Assembly: GCA_035651575.1 (NCBI GenBank)
Contig: DASRFM010000055.1
Span: 3,687-67,686, forward strand
DNA from: Burkholderiales bacterium
Lineage (GTDB): Bacteria > Pseudomonadota > Gammaproteobacteria > Burkholderiales > SG8-39
Direction of reading: 5' to 3'
Length of the DNA stretch: 64,000 bases
Made by a program: the position numbers and the translations under genes. The number at the start of each line of letters is the position of its first letter. Position 1 is the first letter of the stretch. Of this stretch, positions 62,276 to 64,000 are shown in pieces. The notes below the pieces were generated by a model, which did no database searches, was not told the DNA's origin, and saw only the letters and a program-made list of their open reading frames with translations.

Positions 62276-63009
62276 CCGGAAAGGTCTATCTGATCGGCGC
62301 GGGACCCGGAGATCCGGAGCTGATGACGCTCAAGGGCGCGAGGGCTCTCGGGCGTGCGGACGTCGTTCTCATCGACGAGCTCGTCGGGCGCGGCTGCCTT
62401 GCGCATGCGCGCTCCGGAGCGAGGATCGTCGAAGTCGGCAAGCGCGGCGGCTGCGCTTCCACGCCGCAGGCGTTCATCGAGAAGCTCATGGTGCAGTACG
62501 CGGCCGCGGGGAGCACCGTGGCGCGCCTGAAGGGCGGGGACCCGTTCGTCTTCGGGCGCGGCGGCGAAGAGCTCCAGGCGCTGCTCGCCGCCGGCGTCGA
62601 GGTCGAAGTGATCCCGGGGGTCACCTCCGGGACTGCGGTTCCCGGAACGCTCGGCATCCCGGTCACGCATCGCGAGCTGGCGCGCGGCGTCACCTTCGTC
62701 ACCGGCCACACCCGCGACGGCGCCGAGCCGGACTGGGAGGCGCTCGCGCAGGCGCGCACCACGCTCGTCATCTACATGGGGCTCGCGCGGCTCGATCGCA
62801 TCGCCCGGGCGCTCGCCCGGGCCGGCATGCCCGCCGACATGCCCGCGTGCATCATCCAGGACGGCACGCTCAAGAGCCAGAAGCACCGCGTCACGACCCT
62901 GGGGCGGCTCTCGGCGCAGGGCTTCGCGAGCCCCTCGCTCATCGTCATCGGCGACGTCGTGCGCTTCGCCGCGCGCAACCGCCAGGCGGCGGCGGAGAAG
63001 GCGGCGTGA
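62272..63009 (+). CDS. cobA: Uroporphyrinogen-III C-methyltransferase (siroheme branch)
   Basis: The TTG at 62272 overlaps the globin stop (TTGA). The 245-aa product has VYLIGAGPGDPELMTLKG, RLKGGDPFVFGRGGEE, VIPGVTS and VTFVTGH. Confidence 0.9.
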   Translation: MTGKVYLIGAGPGDPELMTLKGARALGRADVVLIDELVGRGCLAHARSGARIVEVGKRGGCASTPQAFIEKLMVQYAAAGSTVARLKGGDPFVFGRGGEELQALLAAGVEVEVIPGVTSGTAVPGTLGIPVTHRELARGVTFVTGHTRDGAEPDWEALAQARTTLVIYMGLARLDRIARALARAGMPADMPACIIQDGTLKSQKHRVTTLGRLSAQGFASPSLIVIGDVVRFAARNRQAAAEKAA

Positions 63010-64000
63010 CGGCCACGCGCGTGGCGGTGATCGGCAACGGGATGGTGGGGCAGCGCTTCCTCGAGCAGCTGGTGAAGCGGGGCGGCGGCGCCTTCGAGAT
63101 CACGGCGTTCTGCGAGGAGCCGCGACCCGCGTACGACCGTGTCCAGCTCACCAGCTTCTTCTCGGGCAAGAGCGCGTCCGAGCTCAGTCTCGCGAGGAAG
63201 GACTTCTTCGCGACCGCCGCGATCACCCTGCGCCTCAATGACCAGGTGCTGGGCATCGACCCGGCGCGCAAGGTCGTGCGCTCCGCACGCTACAAGGACG
63301 TTCCTTACGACAAGCTCGTCTTCGCGACCGGCTCGTCTCCCTTCGTGCCGCCCGTGGCGGGCCGCGACCGGCGCGACTGCTTCGTCTACCGGACGATCGA
63401 GGACCTGGAGACGATCACGGCGAGCGCCCTGCGCTCGAGGGTGGGCACGGTCATCGGCGGCGGATTGCTCGGCCTGGAGGCCGCCAAGGCGCTGAAGGAC
63501 CTGGGGCTCGAGACCCATATCGTGGAATCCGCGCCCCGGCTGATGAGCATGCAGCTCGACGACGCGGCCGGGCGTCTCCTGCGGCGCAAGATCGAGGCCC
63601 TCGGCGCGAAGGTGCACCTGCAGAAGATCACGAGCGAGATCGCCGGCGGCACGGGCGCGAGGAACCGGCTGGTCTTCGCCGACGGCACTTCCCTGGAGAC
63701 GGACCTGATCCTGTTCTCGGCGGGCATCCGGCCGCGCGACGAGCTCGCGCGGGCGGCCGGACTCGCCGTGGGCGAGCGCGGCGGCATCCAGATCGACTCG
63801 CAGTGCCGCACCGCGAATCCCGACATCTATGCGATCGGCGAGTGCGCGCTGTGGCAGGGCCGCACCTTCGGCCTGGTGGCGCCCGGCTACCAGATGGCCG
63901 AGGTGGCGGCCAGGCACCTTTGCGGCGAAGACAACGTGCGCTTCCTCGGCGCCGACCTCAGCACCCGGCTCAAGCTGATGGGCGTAGACGTCGCCTCGAT
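63006..64000 (+). CDS. nirB: Assimilatory nitrite reductase [NAD(P)H] large subunit, N-terminal part (continues beyond the window)
   Basis: Absent from the ORF track because there is no stop in the window. The GTG at 63006 overlaps the cobA stop (GTGA). It reads VTATRVAVIGNGMVGQRFLEQL...YDRVQLTSFFSG...VIGGGLLGLEAAKAL...YAIGECA, the NirB FAD/NAD-binding region, and stays open to 64000. Confidence 0.85.
   Translation, partial: MTATRVAVIGNGMVGQRFLEQLVKRGGGAFEITAFCEEPRPAYDRVQLTSFFSGKSASELSLARKDFFATAAITLRLNDQVLGIDPARKVVRSARYKDVPYDKLVFATGSSPFVPPVAGRDRRDCFVYRTIEDLETITASALRSRVGTVIGGGLLGLEAAKALKDLGLETHIVESAPRLMSMQLDDAAGRLLRRKIEALGAKVHLQKITSEIAGGTGARNRLVFADGTSLETDLILFSAGIRPRDELARAAGLAVGERGGIQIDSQCRTANPDIYAIGECALWQGRTFGLVAPGYQMAEVAARHLCGEDNVRFLGADLSTRLKLMGVDVAS

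Overview
This is a very GC-rich, gene-dense chromosomal segment. I call about 67 protein-coding genes, and intergenic gaps are mostly under 100 bp. I did not compute the G+C fraction.

The gene content looks betaproteobacterial, probably Burkholderiales. This is an inference from five orphan Bug/TctC-type periplasmic binding proteins with no TctA/TctB, three GSTs and many small catabolic operons.

I found no rRNA, tRNA, CRISPR array, transposase, integrase or phage genes. It looks like metabolic accessory chromosome rather than a mobile island.

Main blocks:
- 1-3.5 kb: SDR, Bug protein, LVIVD propeller and a PuuE-like deacetylase.
- 3.8-8.5 kb: a 1568-aa REC-PAS/GAF-GGDEF-EAL protein.
- 8.5-18.7 kb: two GSTs, then an aromatic-type cluster. 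A MarR-EthD-cupin-HpaB-Bug-UbiD-DUF2848-Ldh2 operon is divergent from an FAD monooxygenase and a Bug gene.
- 18.7-23.5 kb: a GST-Bug-PrpD-deacetylase-Bug operon.
- 25.9-28.5 kb: a Rieske oxygenase translationally coupled to a glutamine-synthetase-like ligase.
- 28.6-32 kb: a cupin-hydrolase-Ldh2-MBL operon.
- 32-38.8 kb: gentisate dioxygenase, a Liv-type ABC importer and a salicylate-hydroxylase-like enzyme.
- 39.4-42.9 kb: an atypical enolase paralog coupled to an MtnK/APH-like kinase and an MFS transporter.
- 42.8-61.4 kb: housekeeping and envelope genes (pdxH, SWIB, fbp, htpX, ybaL, ndh, pepN), interspersed with small secreted repeat proteins.
- 61.4-64 kb: an orphan, apparently leaderless higA-like gene, divergent from a globin-cobA-nirB operon that carries a sigma-54-like promoter.

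Many long ORFs in the track are antisense or alternate-frame shadows typical of high-GC DNA, and I rejected them. All family assignments come from motif and sequence recognition by eye. No searches were run, and start codons are the least certain coordinates.
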